Positions 9,223 through 18,233 of a stretch of 34,439 nt of DNA are shown piece after piece. Position 1 is the stretch's first letter, and each line of letters opens with the position of its first letter. The notes under the pieces were generated by a model. That model saw only the letters and a program-made list of their open reading frames with translations. It was not told the origin of the DNA and made no database searches. The stretch is taken from the sequence record SRR22947725_1014; one strand, written 5' to 3'. The position numbers and the translations under genes were made by a program.

Positions 9223-10280
9223 TAATAAATTGTCTTTATAATTGAGTTGTCAGTTTTCTTTTTAGTACCATCAAAACCCTGAACTCCAGAAACTGTTGTG
9301 TATTTAAGAATATTTTTTTTATTTGGATTTATAATTTTCAATGCTGATTGACACATTAATGTGGCTTCATGAAAACCACATAAAATTAATTTTAATTTAC
9401 CAGGATAAGAGTTTATATCACCTATTGCATAAACACCTGGAATATTGGTTTGATAATCCAAGCTGTTATTAACAACGATTGAGTTTTTATTTAACTCTAA
9501 ACCCCAATTTGATAAACTTCCTAATTTTGGAATCAAACCAAACAACGGAATAAAATAATCTGTATTAATATTCTTTTCAATACCTAAATGTTTTATTACA
9601 ATACTTTCAAGTTTTTCATTTCCATTTAATTTAATTACCTCACTTGGAGTAATTACATCAATAGCAGATTGATTTTTTAATTTCTGAACCTTTTCAACCG
9701 AATCAATAGCTCCTCTAAATTCGTTTCTTCTGTGCACCAGCGTAACTCTTTTAGCAATTTTTGATAATTCTATAGTCCAGTCTAAAGCTGAATCTCCTCC
9801 CCCGGAAATTACTATATTTTTACCATTAAATATTTCAGGATTTTTTACCATGTACTCTACCCCTTTATTTTCAAAATTAGAAATGTTTTCTATTGGAGGT
9901 TTTCTTGGCTCAAAACTGCCTAATCCACCGGCAATCGCAACAACTTTAGCATTATGTATTTTTCCAGTGTTTGTTATTACGTCAAATGAACCATTTTCGT
10001 TTTTAGTTAATTTTTCAGCTCTTTCACCTAAACTATAGCCTGGTCTAAAGGGTTTAATTTGTTCTAATAAATTATCAATAAGATCACCAGCTAATACCTC
10101 GGGCATTCCTGGAATATCATAGATAGGTTTTTTAGGATATAATTCAACACATTGTCCTCCTGGTTTGGCCAAAGCATCAATAATATGACATTTTAATCCA
10201 AGCAAACCGGCTTCAAATACAGTAAATAACCCAACTGGACCTGCTCCAATTATTAAAATATCGGTTTCAATTTTATTCAT
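9222..10280 (-). CDS. Thioredoxin-reductase-like ferredoxin--NADP(+) reductase
   Basis: GAGPVG, LYPKKPIYDIPG, GGGDSALDW, VHRR and GDINSYPGKLKLI. Lacks the CxxC of a true TrxB. Confidence 0.85.
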   Translation of the reverse strand: MNKIETDILIIGAGPVGLFTVFEAGLLGLKCHIIDALAKPGGQCVELYPKKPIYDIPGMPEVLAGDLIDNLLEQIKPFRPGYSLGERAEKLTKNENGSFDVITNTGKIHNAKVVAIAGGLGSFEPRKPPIENISNFENKGVEYMVKNPEIFNGKNIVISGGGDSALDWTIELSKIAKRVTLVHRRNEFRGAIDSVEKVQKLKNQSAIDVITPSEVIKLNGNEKLESIVIKHLGIEKNINTDYFIPLFGLIPKLGSLSNWGLELNKNSIVVNNSLDYQTNIPGVYAIGDINSYPGKLKLILCGFHEATLMCQSALKIINPNKKNILKYTTVSGVQGFDGTKKKTDNSIIKTIY

Positions 10281-10516
10281 TAATCAATATTTATAACCTG
10301 TTCAATTTGAGGAGCGAATTTTTTAATTGTTAATTCAACTCCATTTTTGAGAGTCATTTGATTAACAGAACAGCTAACGCAATTTCCTAATAATTTTACT
10401 TTGACAACGTTTTTTTCAATTGAAATTAGTTCAATATTCCCGCCATCAGATTCTAAAAATGGTCTAATTTCATTTAAACCTTGTTCAACTTTATCTTTTA
10501 ATAAATCTTTTTTCAT
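10280..10516 (-). CDS. NifU-C/Nfu family Fe-S carrier
   Basis: IRPFLESDGGNIEL and LGNCVSC (CxxC). Confidence 0.9.
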   Translation of the reverse strand: MKKDLLKDKVEQGLNEIRPFLESDGGNIELISIEKNVVKVKLLGNCVSCSVNQMTLKNGVELTIKKFAPQIEQVINID

Positions 10517-10522
10517 ATGATT

Positions 10523-11650
10523 TTATTTTTGACTAAAACAACCAGACATTGTTGTAATTTTAACTATTTCGGTTTCGGGTAATTCTTTATTTCTAATCAA
10601 CAATTGTGATAACATATTTTTTGAAACTTTCTTAAATATTTCCTCAGAAATAGTACTTTCTTGCATTGCGGCTGGTCTTCCAAAATCTGCGGCCTCTCTT
10701 ACACTTTGAATAATAGGTATTTCTCCTAAAAATGGAATTCTTAAATCTAAAGATAAATTTTTGGCACCCTCTTTTCCAAATAAATAATATTTATTTTCAG
10801 GAAGTTCTTTTGGAGTAAAATAAGCCATATTCTCTATTATGCCTAAAACAGGAACATTAATGTTTTCTTTTTTAAACATTGAAACTCCTTTTCTAGCATC
10901 ATTTAAAGCTATTTTTTGAGGAGTACTTATAACTACTGCTCCAGAAATTGGCAAAGATTGCATTATGCTTAAATGAATATCTCCCGTTCCAGGTGGAAGA
11001 TCTACTAAAAGAAAATCTAGAACTCCCCAGTCAGCATCAAATATCATCTGATTTAAAGCTTTTGAAGCCATTGGCCCCCTCCATATTACAGCTTGATCAA
11101 TTTTAGTAAAAAAACCAATAGATAATATTTTTACACCATAGTTTTCAATGGGTTTCATTTTTGATTTACCATCTACATCAACAGCAAGTGGTTTTTGCCC
11201 AGAAACATCAAACATCTCTGGAATTGATGGACCATAAATATCAGCATCTAAAATCCCTACTTTAAATCCCATTTTAGAAAGTGAAACGGCCAGATTAGCG
11301 GTTACAGTAGATTTTCCAACACCACCTTTACCAGAGGAAATTGCAATAATATTAGAAATGTTTTTAACTTCTTTTGTTGAATTATATATTGTAGGTTCTT
11401 TTTCTGTAATTAATATAAAATTAATTTTAACCTCAATATTAAAATCTATATTATCATTAAGAGATTCTACAATTTTTCTTCTAATGGTATTTTTGGCTTG
11501 TAGAGTTGGTTTTAAAATTTCCAAATCAATAATAATTTCTTTGTCAAAAACTACTATATTTTTAACCGATCCATTACTAATAATGTCCTCATTATTACTA
11601 TCAAAGTGAACATTACTTAAGATTTCAGAAATTTTATTTTTTGTTAACAT
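10523..11650 (-). CDS. mrp: Mrp/NBP35 (ApbC-like) ATP-binding protein
   Basis: SGKGGVGKS, DADIYGPSIP, WRGPM, DLPPGTGD, STPQ and ENM motifs. Confidence 0.9.
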   Translation of the reverse strand: MLTKNKISEILSNVHFDSNNEDIISNGSVKNIVVFDKEIIIDLEILKPTLQAKNTIRRKIVESLNDNIDFNIEVKINFILITEKEPTIYNSTKEVKNISNIIAISSGKGGVGKSTVTANLAVSLSKMGFKVGILDADIYGPSIPEMFDVSGQKPLAVDVDGKSKMKPIENYGVKILSIGFFTKIDQAVIWRGPMASKALNQMIFDADWGVLDFLLVDLPPGTGDIHLSIMQSLPISGAVVISTPQKIALNDARKGVSMFKKENINVPVLGIIENMAYFTPKELPENKYYLFGKEGAKNLSLDLRIPFLGEIPIIQSVREAADFGRPAAMQESTISEEIFKKVSKNMLSQLLIRNKELPETEIVKITTMSGCFSQK

Positions 11651-11675
11651 TTACATTTAAAATGATTCTAAATTG

Positions 11676-11683
11676 CAAATATA
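11676..11683 (-). promoter_or_regulatory. Bacteroidota housekeeping promoter -7 box upstream of mrp
   Basis: TATATTTG on the minus strand (consensus TAnnTTTG), 25 nt before the mrp start. Confidence 0.6.
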
Positions 11684-12022
11684 CTATTCTAATTCTTTAT
11701 TTGGATCCCAAAAAAATAATTTAAAATCATGAATTTGATCATTTTTAATTATTAAACCTTCGCTTTCTAAAAGTTGTTTCATAAGATTTATTCCAAAAAA
11801 GTGTTTTTTTCCAGTTAACAATCCTATTCTATTAACAACTCTGTGTGCAGGAATATCTTTATTTATATGCGAAGCGTTCATAGCCCAACCGACAACTCTA
11901 GCACTTTTGGCAGATCCTAAATATTTAGCAATAGCTCCGTATGTAGTAACCTTTCCAAATGGAATTTTTTTAACTACAGTATAAACTTTTTCAAAAAAAT
12001 CTGATTTATTTTTTTTAATCAT
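11684..12022 (-). CDS. Alkyltransferase-like (ATL) protein, MGMT DNA-binding domain only
   Basis: IPFGKVTTYGAIA and ARVVGWAM, with PAHRVV in place of the catalytic PCHRVV. Confidence 0.85.
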   Translation of the reverse strand: MIKKNKSDFFEKVYTVVKKIPFGKVTTYGAIAKYLGSAKSARVVGWAMNASHINKDIPAHRVVNRIGLLTGKKHFFGINLMKQLLESEGLIIKNDQIHDFKLFFWDPNKELE

Positions 12023-12692
12023 TGAAGCTAAAACTTAAATAAGTGATTTTTTTATCAACTTTTAAATAAATGCTTTCATAATGGGTCTGAATATTAACTA
12101 CTTCATCAGGTGCATTTTTATTTTTATATACATCATGGTTTGAAAATAACGGCTTGATTGACATGCCTTCTAAAAGTCCAAGTGTGTAACCATGAAGGAA
12201 TTCACTATCTGTCTTTAAATGCATTATTCCGCCAGACTTAAGAATATTCTTGTATAAAGAAAGAAAATTAGGATTAGTTAATCTATGCTTTCGTCTTTGA
12301 AATTTAATTTGAGGGTCTGGGAATGTTAACCAAATTTGATCGATTTCATTTGTGTTAAAAATATAATTTAAAAGTTCTATTTGAGTCCTAATAAAAAATA
12401 CATTACTTAATTTTGATTCAACTGCAGTTTTAGCACCTCTCCAAAATCTAGCTCCTTTAATATCAATTCCAATAAAATTTTTATCTGGGTTCAGTTTGGC
12501 TAAATTAATAGTGTATTCTCCTTTTCCACACCCAAGTTCAACAATAATTGGATTTGTGTTTTTAAAAACTAATTCATTCCATTTACCAAGAAATTTAAAT
12601 TTTTTTGATATTAATTCTTCTCTGGATGGTTGAACAACATTGTCAAAACTCTCATTTTCAATAAATCTTTTTAGCTTGTTTTTACTTCCCAA
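12015..12692 (-). CDS. trmB: tRNA (guanine-N7)-methyltransferase
   Basis: ELGCGKGEY, GIDIK, TFPDP and LKTD motifs; TTG start. Confidence 0.92.
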   Translation of the reverse strand: MGSKNKLKRFIENESFDNVVQPSREELISKKFKFLGKWNELVFKNTNPIIVELGCGKGEYTINLAKLNPDKNFIGIDIKGARFWRGAKTAVESKLSNVFFIRTQIELLNYIFNTNEIDQIWLTFPDPQIKFQRRKHRLTNPNFLSLYKNILKSGGIMHLKTDSEFLHGYTLGLLEGMSIKPLFSNHDVYKNKNAPDEVVNIQTHYESIYLKVDKKITYLSFSFND

Positions 12693-12724
12693 ATTCTGTT
12701 ATTTGAAATTAAATTTAATTATTA

Positions 12725-13768
12725 TTAATTAGATTTTTCTAATGAAAAAGAAAATTCAGAACCTACACCGAGATCACTTTCAACATATATTTTTTCATTG
12801 TGAGCGTCAATTATATGCTTAACAATAGCCAAGCCTAAGCCAGAACCACCGGTGGACCTGTTTCCTGAGTTTTCAACTCTATAAAACCTTTCAAATAACC
12901 TTTCAAAGTGTTCTTTTTTAATCCCTTTTCCATTATCTGTGATTCTAATAATTAATCTATCCTCAACCAGATCTTCAATAGAAACTTCTGTAGTTCCATC
13001 CTCTTTTCCATATTTAATGGAATTTTCTATCAAATTTGTAAGTACCTGATGAATTTTTTCCTGATCAGCATGGACGTTAACTCTTCTCATTTTACTATCA
13101 ATTAACAAGGAGATGTTTTTTTTGTTAGCTTGAATTTCTAACATTTCAAATACATTGTTGATTATAGATATTAAATTAAATTTAGATTTTTCCAACTTCA
13201 TATTATCAGACTCTAATTTTGTAATTAAGTCTAAATCTTTTACAATGAATATTAATCTTTCGACAGCCTTTTCCGCAATTTTCAAATACTTTAAATTAAC
13301 ATTTTCATCTTTTAAAGCGCCATCAATTAGAGTTAAAAGATAGCTTTGAGAAGTAAATAATGGTGTTTTTAATTCGTGAGCAAGATTTCCAATGAAATTT
13401 CTTCTAAAATTTTCTTTTTCTTGCATTGATTTAATTTCTGTCTGACTTTCTTGAGAATAGGTCTTTAATTGATTAATTAAATCTTCCATATTTGTTGATA
13501 TCAAATTACTTGAAATAACATCATTTTGAGGAATTACAGAATTATAAATTTCTTTAATCTTATTCTCAATAAAAAATTTTAAATATAGGTGTATAAAAAA
13601 GAAAGAAACTGATGTTAATATTGAAATTAAAATAAAAAACTGACTGAGAGAATTAAAAGAAGAATTGAAAAAAAATTCAATAATAAAATAGATAATTATT
13701 GAAAGTAAAAGACCCAAAACAAATGCGAATGCAAAAGATTTTAATTTAATTTTACTAAATAAAGACAT
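12725..13768 (-). CDS. Sensor histidine kinase (PhoR-like, two N-terminal TM helices)
   Basis: H-box AHELKTPL, N-box NLIENSIKY, DNGKGI, FERFYRV and GSGLGLAIVKH. Confidence 0.9.
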   Translation of the reverse strand: MSLFSKIKLKSFAFAFVLGLLLSIIIYFIIEFFFNSSFNSLSQFFILISILTSVSFFFIHLYLKFFIENKIKEIYNSVIPQNDVISSNLISTNMEDLINQLKTYSQESQTEIKSMQEKENFRRNFIGNLAHELKTPLFTSQSYLLTLIDGALKDENVNLKYLKIAEKAVERLIFIVKDLDLITKLESDNMKLEKSKFNLISIINNVFEMLEIQANKKNISLLIDSKMRRVNVHADQEKIHQVLTNLIENSIKYGKEDGTTEVSIEDLVEDRLIIRITDNGKGIKKEHFERLFERFYRVENSGNRSTGGSGLGLAIVKHIIDAHNEKIYVESDLGVGSEFSFSLEKSN

Positions 13769-13769
13769 A

Positions 13770-14453
13770 CTAATATTGATTAAACTTGTATCCTATTCCT
13801 TTAACAGTTTTAAAATACAAATCTCCTATTTTTTCTCTTAATTTTCTAATATGAACATCAATAGTTCTATCGCCTACTATTACATCTGATCCCCAAACTT
13901 TGTTCATGATTTCGTCACGGGAAAATACATTTCCAGGTTTAGAGGCTAAAAGAAAAAATAATTCAAACTCTTTTTTTGGAAGTTGAATTTCATTTTTATT
14001 AATAAAAACTAAATATTTATTTCTGTCTATTTTAATTTCTCCAAGATCAATTAATTGAATTTTATTTTCTTTTTTGTGAATTCTTTTAAAAATAGAAGAT
14101 ATTTTTTTTAATAAAATTTTTGGCTTAACAGGCTTTGAAATATAATCGTCAGCACCTGCGTCAAAAGCAGATAGTTGGGTGTAATCTTCATTTCTAGCAC
14201 TTAAAAAAATAATTCGACTATTATTTAAAGATGGTATTTCTCTTATTAATCTACAAGCCTCTATACCATCCATTTCGGGCATCATAACATCAAGTAAAAT
14301 AATTTCAGGAATAAATATTTTTGCTTTTTTTATAGCTTCTTTCCCATTTGAAGCTGCTTTTACTTCATATCCAGCTAAAGATAAATTATATCTTAGAATT
14401 TCTATAATATCAGGATCATCATCTACTATTAAAATTTTTGGGATTTTTGACAT
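13770..14453 (-). CDS. OmpR/PhoB-family response regulator
   Basis: Receiver motifs VDDD, LDVMMP and KP; winged-helix RTIDVHIRKLREK...TVKGIGY. Confidence 0.92.
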   Translation of the reverse strand: MSKIPKILIVDDDPDIIEILRYNLSLAGYEVKAASNGKEAIKKAKIFIPEIILLDVMMPEMDGIEACRLIREIPSLNNSRIIFLSARNEDYTQLSAFDAGADDYISKPVKPKILLKKISSIFKRIHKKENKIQLIDLGEIKIDRNKYLVFINKNEIQLPKKEFELFFLLASKPGNVFSRDEIMNKVWGSDVIVGDRTIDVHIRKLREKIGDLYFKTVKGIGYKFNQY

Positions 14454-14469
14454 TATTATTATTTTAAAA

Positions 14470-14477
14470 CAAATTTA
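14470..14477 (-). promoter_or_regulatory. -7 promoter box for the two-component operon
   Basis: TAAATTTG on the minus strand, 16 nt before the response regulator ATG. Confidence 0.55.
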
Positions 14478-14531
14478 AATGTTTAGAATATTATATTTTC
14501 TTTTATTAACAATAACTTAATATTACTGCAA

Positions 14532-15515
14532 TTGTTTTTTGATTTAATTAAATTTGAAAAATTGTTCAAATTAAATTCAACATATAATTTTAATCAAAAG
14601 GCAATTGAAATTTTTAAGTTTCAATATAACAATAATAGTGTCTATTCTCAATATTGCGATTTAATTAATGTTGATGTCAAATCGATTAGAGAAATAAAAG
14701 ATATTCCATTTTTACCGATTCAATTTTTTAAAAATTATACGGTTTCCTCTTACCATAAACATACACATTCATTTAAAAGTAGTGGAACTGGAGGAAAAAG
14801 AAGTGTACATTATATAAAAGACATAAATATTTATATTCAAAGCTTTACTCAATGTTTTGAAAAAAATTTTGGCTCAATTAATAATACTGTATTCTTAGGA
14901 CTTCTTCCATCTTACATTGAACAAGGAAATTCTTCCTTGATTTATATGGTAGATTATTTAATACAAAAATCAAACAGAAAAGAAAGTGGATTTTATTTAA
15001 ATGACTATAAAAAATTATATGAATTAATACTGAAACTTGAAAAGTCAGAAAAAAAAATAATTCTTATTGGAGTTAGTTATGCTCTGCTAGATTTTATAGA
15101 AAATTTTTCGTTGAACACTGAAAATCTAATTATAATTGAAACTGGGGGAATGAAAGGAAGAAGAAAAGAAATTACAAGAGAAGAACTTCACGATAAACTT
15201 AAAAAAGGGTTTAACTCTAATAATATTAAATCTGAATATGGTATGACTGAACTTCTTTCTCAAGCCTATTCAAATACAAATGGAATTTTTAAAAGTCCTT
15301 CATGGTTAAAAGTCTTAGCAAGAGACATAAACAATCCATTATCTGTCAATTTACAAGGAAAAGGCGCCTTAAACTTTATTGATTTAGCTAATATAAACTC
15401 TTGTTCTTTTATAGCTAGTGATGATATTGGTGAAGTTTATCAAAACTCATCGTTCAAAGTTTTAGGAAGATTGAGTAATTCTGAAATTAGAGGATGTAAT
15501 TTGATGTTTAATTAA
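14532..15515 (+). CDS. LuxE/PaaK-like acyl-protein synthetase (acyltransferase)
   Basis: IPFLPIQFFK, FKSSGTGG, ETGGMKGR, SEYGMTELLSQAY and GRLSNSEIRGC. The TTG start is uncertain. Confidence 0.75.
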   Translation: MFFDLIKFEKLFKLNSTYNFNQKAIEIFKFQYNNNSVYSQYCDLINVDVKSIREIKDIPFLPIQFFKNYTVSSYHKHTHSFKSSGTGGKRSVHYIKDINIYIQSFTQCFEKNFGSINNTVFLGLLPSYIEQGNSSLIYMVDYLIQKSNRKESGFYLNDYKKLYELILKLEKSEKKIILIGVSYALLDFIENFSLNTENLIIIETGGMKGRRKEITREELHDKLKKGFNSNNIKSEYGMTELLSQAYSNTNGIFKSPSWLKVLARDINNPLSVNLQGKGALNFIDLANINSCSFIASDDIGEVYQNSSFKVLGRLSNSEIRGCNLMFN

Positions 15516-16800
15516 AAGAAATTAAATAATAATTTTTCTTTCCTCTTTGTGCTAAAATATACTTATTACAAATTAAATTTTCTTTTGAAATACTATAAGA
15601 TGCATCTACTTTTTCTTTATTGATTGAAATGGAATTTTGTTTCAAAGCCCTTATAATTTCAGATTTTGAAGACAAAAATTTTGCCTTGTAAAGAAATTCT
15701 TGAACGTTAGAAGGCTGTCTTATTTCATCAAATGAAATAATTATACTTGGCACACCTTCAAAAATATCTAAAAATGTATTTTCATCAAGATCGCTCAGAT
15801 CTTTAGAGGTAGATTTTCCAAATAAAATATTCGATGCTTTTATTGATTTGTCTAAATCCTCTTCACAATGAACTAATTTTGTAAGATAATTTGCTATTGT
15901 TTTTTGAAGAAATCTTTGATGAGGTGCTTCATCGTGTGTCTTTATATATTCTTCTATTTCATTTTCACTATAAAAAGTAAAAATTTTAATATATTTTTTT
16001 GCATCAGCATCAGAAATATTAAGCCAGTACTGATAAAATTTGTAGGGAGATGTTTTGTTTCTGTCTAGCCAAACATTTCCGGCTTCTGTTTTACCAAATT
16101 TAGTTCCATCTGCTTTAGTAATTAAAGGACAAGTTAAAGCATAAGCTTTTTCTCCAGTTTTTTTTCTTATTAATTCGACTCCACTTGTTATGTTTCCCCA
16201 TTGGTCACTTCCACCCATTTGAACCAAACAATTGTTTTCAGAAAACAGGTGGTAAAAATCATAAGCTTGAATTAACTGATAAGAAAATTCTGTAAAAGAC
16301 ATACCTACTGTAGAATCCTTACTTAATCTTTTTTTAACTGATTCTTTTGCAATCATGTAATTTACAGTAATATATTTTCCAGTATCTCGAATGAAATCAA
16401 TTAGATTAATATCCTTAAACCAATCGTTATTGTTACATAAAACAGCAGAATTTTTTTTATCGGAATCGAAATTTAAAAATTTAGACAACTGCTTATAAAT
16501 GCCATTTATATTTTTATCTAAATCATCTTGACTTAATAAGTTTCTCTCGTTTGATTTTCCAGAGGGATCACCGATCATACCTGTTGCTCCACCAACCAGA
16601 ACTATAGGTTTGTGACCACATTTTTGAAAATGCATTAAAATTAAAATTTGAACCAAACTTCCAATGTGAAGAGAATCAGCTGTAGGATCAAACCCAATAT
16701 ATCCACTGCAGGAATTTTCTAGTAACTGATCTTCACAACCAGGAACGGAATCTTGAAGCATTCCTCTCCATTCTAATTCTTTAATAAAGTTTTTTGACAC
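15508..16800 (-). CDS. tyrS: Tyrosine--tRNA ligase
   Basis: YIGFDPTADSLHIGS, QMGGSDQWGNI, KFGKT and a C-terminal S4-like domain; GTG start. Confidence 0.97.
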   Translation of the reverse strand: MSKNFIKELEWRGMLQDSVPGCEDQLLENSCSGYIGFDPTADSLHIGSLVQILILMHFQKCGHKPIVLVGGATGMIGDPSGKSNERNLLSQDDLDKNINGIYKQLSKFLNFDSDKKNSAVLCNNNDWFKDINLIDFIRDTGKYITVNYMIAKESVKKRLSKDSTVGMSFTEFSYQLIQAYDFYHLFSENNCLVQMGGSDQWGNITSGVELIRKKTGEKAYALTCPLITKADGTKFGKTEAGNVWLDRNKTSPYKFYQYWLNISDADAKKYIKIFTFYSENEIEEYIKTHDEAPHQRFLQKTIANYLTKLVHCEEDLDKSIKASNILFGKSTSKDLSDLDENTFLDIFEGVPSIIISFDEIRQPSNVQEFLYKAKFLSSKSEIIRALKQNSISINKEKVDASYSISKENLICNKYILAQRGKKNYYLISFN

Positions 16801-16814
16801 AGCTTAAATTTTAA

Positions 16815-16822
16815 CAAATATA
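16815..16822 (-). promoter_or_regulatory. -7 promoter box upstream of tyrS
   Basis: TATATTTG on the minus strand, 14 nt before the start. Confidence 0.6.
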
Positions 16823-16873
16823 TACCTCTTGTCTTTAAGAAAAAAGTAAACCAAAAAATAGTATTTTTACATT

Positions 16874-17869
16874 ATGATATTAGTAACTGGAGGAACTGGA
16901 CTTGTAGGTTGTCATTTACTCTATTCTCTTGTAAAAGAAAATAAAAAAGTAAGAGCCTTATATAGAAAAAATAGTAAAACTGAAAGTGTAAGAAAAGTTT
17001 TTTCTTATTACTCAAAAGATTATAAAAAATTATTTGATAAAATTGAATGGGTTGAAGGTGATATTAATGACATAACAAGTCTTGATGTTGCTTTTAAAAA
17101 TATAAATGAAATATATCATTGTGCAGCCTTTATTTCTTTTAGTAATCAGGATTTAAACGCTATGAAAAAAATCAATGTTGAAGGAACTGCTAATATGATT
17201 AATTCTGCCATTGATAAAAAAATTAATAAATTTTGTTATGTTAGTACAATTGCAGCAGTAGGTGAAAGAAAAAATATTATGATTGATGAAGAATGTAAAT
17301 GGAATGAAAACAATAACCCATATTCAAAAACAAAACATGATGCGGAATTAGAGGTTTGGAGAGGAATATCTGAGGGTTTAAACGCTGTTATAGTCAATCC
17401 AGGTGTAATTATTGGAAGTGGTTTTTGGAAAAGAGGAAGCGGAGCTTTTATCACTCAAATAAGTAGAGGAATAAACTACTATCCGCCAGGTTCTACAGGA
17501 TTTATTTGTGTAAAGGATGTTGTTAAGATTATGAGAGACTTAATGGATAAAAATATATTTTCTGAAAGATTTTTACTTGTTTCTGAAAACTGGACTCAAA
17601 AAGATTTTATTTTTTCTGTTTGCAATCATTTGAATTTAAAAACACCTCAAAAAAAAGCTAGTAAAAGCTTAATGATATTAGCACTAATCTTAGATGCTGT
17701 AAGAAGTTTTTTTCTAAATAAACGAAGAAGACTAAGTAGTGCCATTATTGAGTCTAGTCACTCTAAAAACAAATATTCAAACAAGAAAATAACATCTGCC
17801 TTAGATTATAAATTTATAGAAATAGAAAAGTCAATTAAAGAAACTTGTAAGAACTATAAGCTTAATTAA
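16874..17869 (+). CDS. NAD-dependent epimerase/dehydratase (extended SDR)
   Basis: TGGTGLVG, HCAA, YSKTK (YxxxK) and VNPGVIIG. Confidence 0.88.
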   Translation: MILVTGGTGLVGCHLLYSLVKENKKVRALYRKNSKTESVRKVFSYYSKDYKKLFDKIEWVEGDINDITSLDVAFKNINEIYHCAAFISFSNQDLNAMKKINVEGTANMINSAIDKKINKFCYVSTIAAVGERKNIMIDEECKWNENNNPYSKTKHDAELEVWRGISEGLNAVIVNPGVIIGSGFWKRGSGAFITQISRGINYYPPGSTGFICVKDVVKIMRDLMDKNIFSERFLLVSENWTQKDFIFSVCNHLNLKTPQKKASKSLMILALILDAVRSFFLNKRRRLSSAIIESSHSKNKYSNKKITSALDYKFIEIEKSIKETCKNYKLN

Positions 17870-18233
17870 TTAATGATAATGAGTCCTTAATTTCTCTGGT
17901 TTCTTTATTTAATTCAATTTCAATAGAGTCTTTAATAGATCTCATTTTTTTTTGAAGTTGAGAATAAATTTTTAAGTATTTTTTTGGTTTTGAAGAATAA
18001 TAACTGTTACTATTAACAAACTGTATACTGTCTATATTATGCTTTTTGTATAAAAATGTATCTTTTATATTATAATAATTTAAATCTGAATTATTTCTAT
18101 ACGCCCTACTTGAATTAATGATGTTTATATCTAAAAGAAAATCTACCATTTGTTCCTCAGACATTAAATCAGTCGGACTGTTTTGATCAGAACAAGATAT
18201 TGTTAAAATTAGTAAAATGAATATTTTTTTCAT
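17862..18233 (-). CDS. DUF4296-like lipoprotein
   Basis: Lipobox TISC, PTDLMSEEQMVDFLLD and KHNIDSIQFVNSNSYY; position downstream of pyrC. Confidence 0.7.
   Translation of the reverse strand: MKKIFILLILTISCSDQNSPTDLMSEEQMVDFLLDINIINSSRAYRNNSDLNYYNIKDTFLYKKHNIDSIQFVNSNSYYSSKPKKYLKIYSQLQKKMRSIKDSIEIELNKETREIKDSLSLIN

Noticed and set aside
9222..10280. Thioredoxin reductase TrxB
   Set aside because: No redox-active CxxC; the motifs match the TrxB-like ferredoxin-NADP reductases.
14532..15515. Bioluminescence (lux) locus
   Set aside because: No luxA/B/C/D genes; the context is housekeeping.
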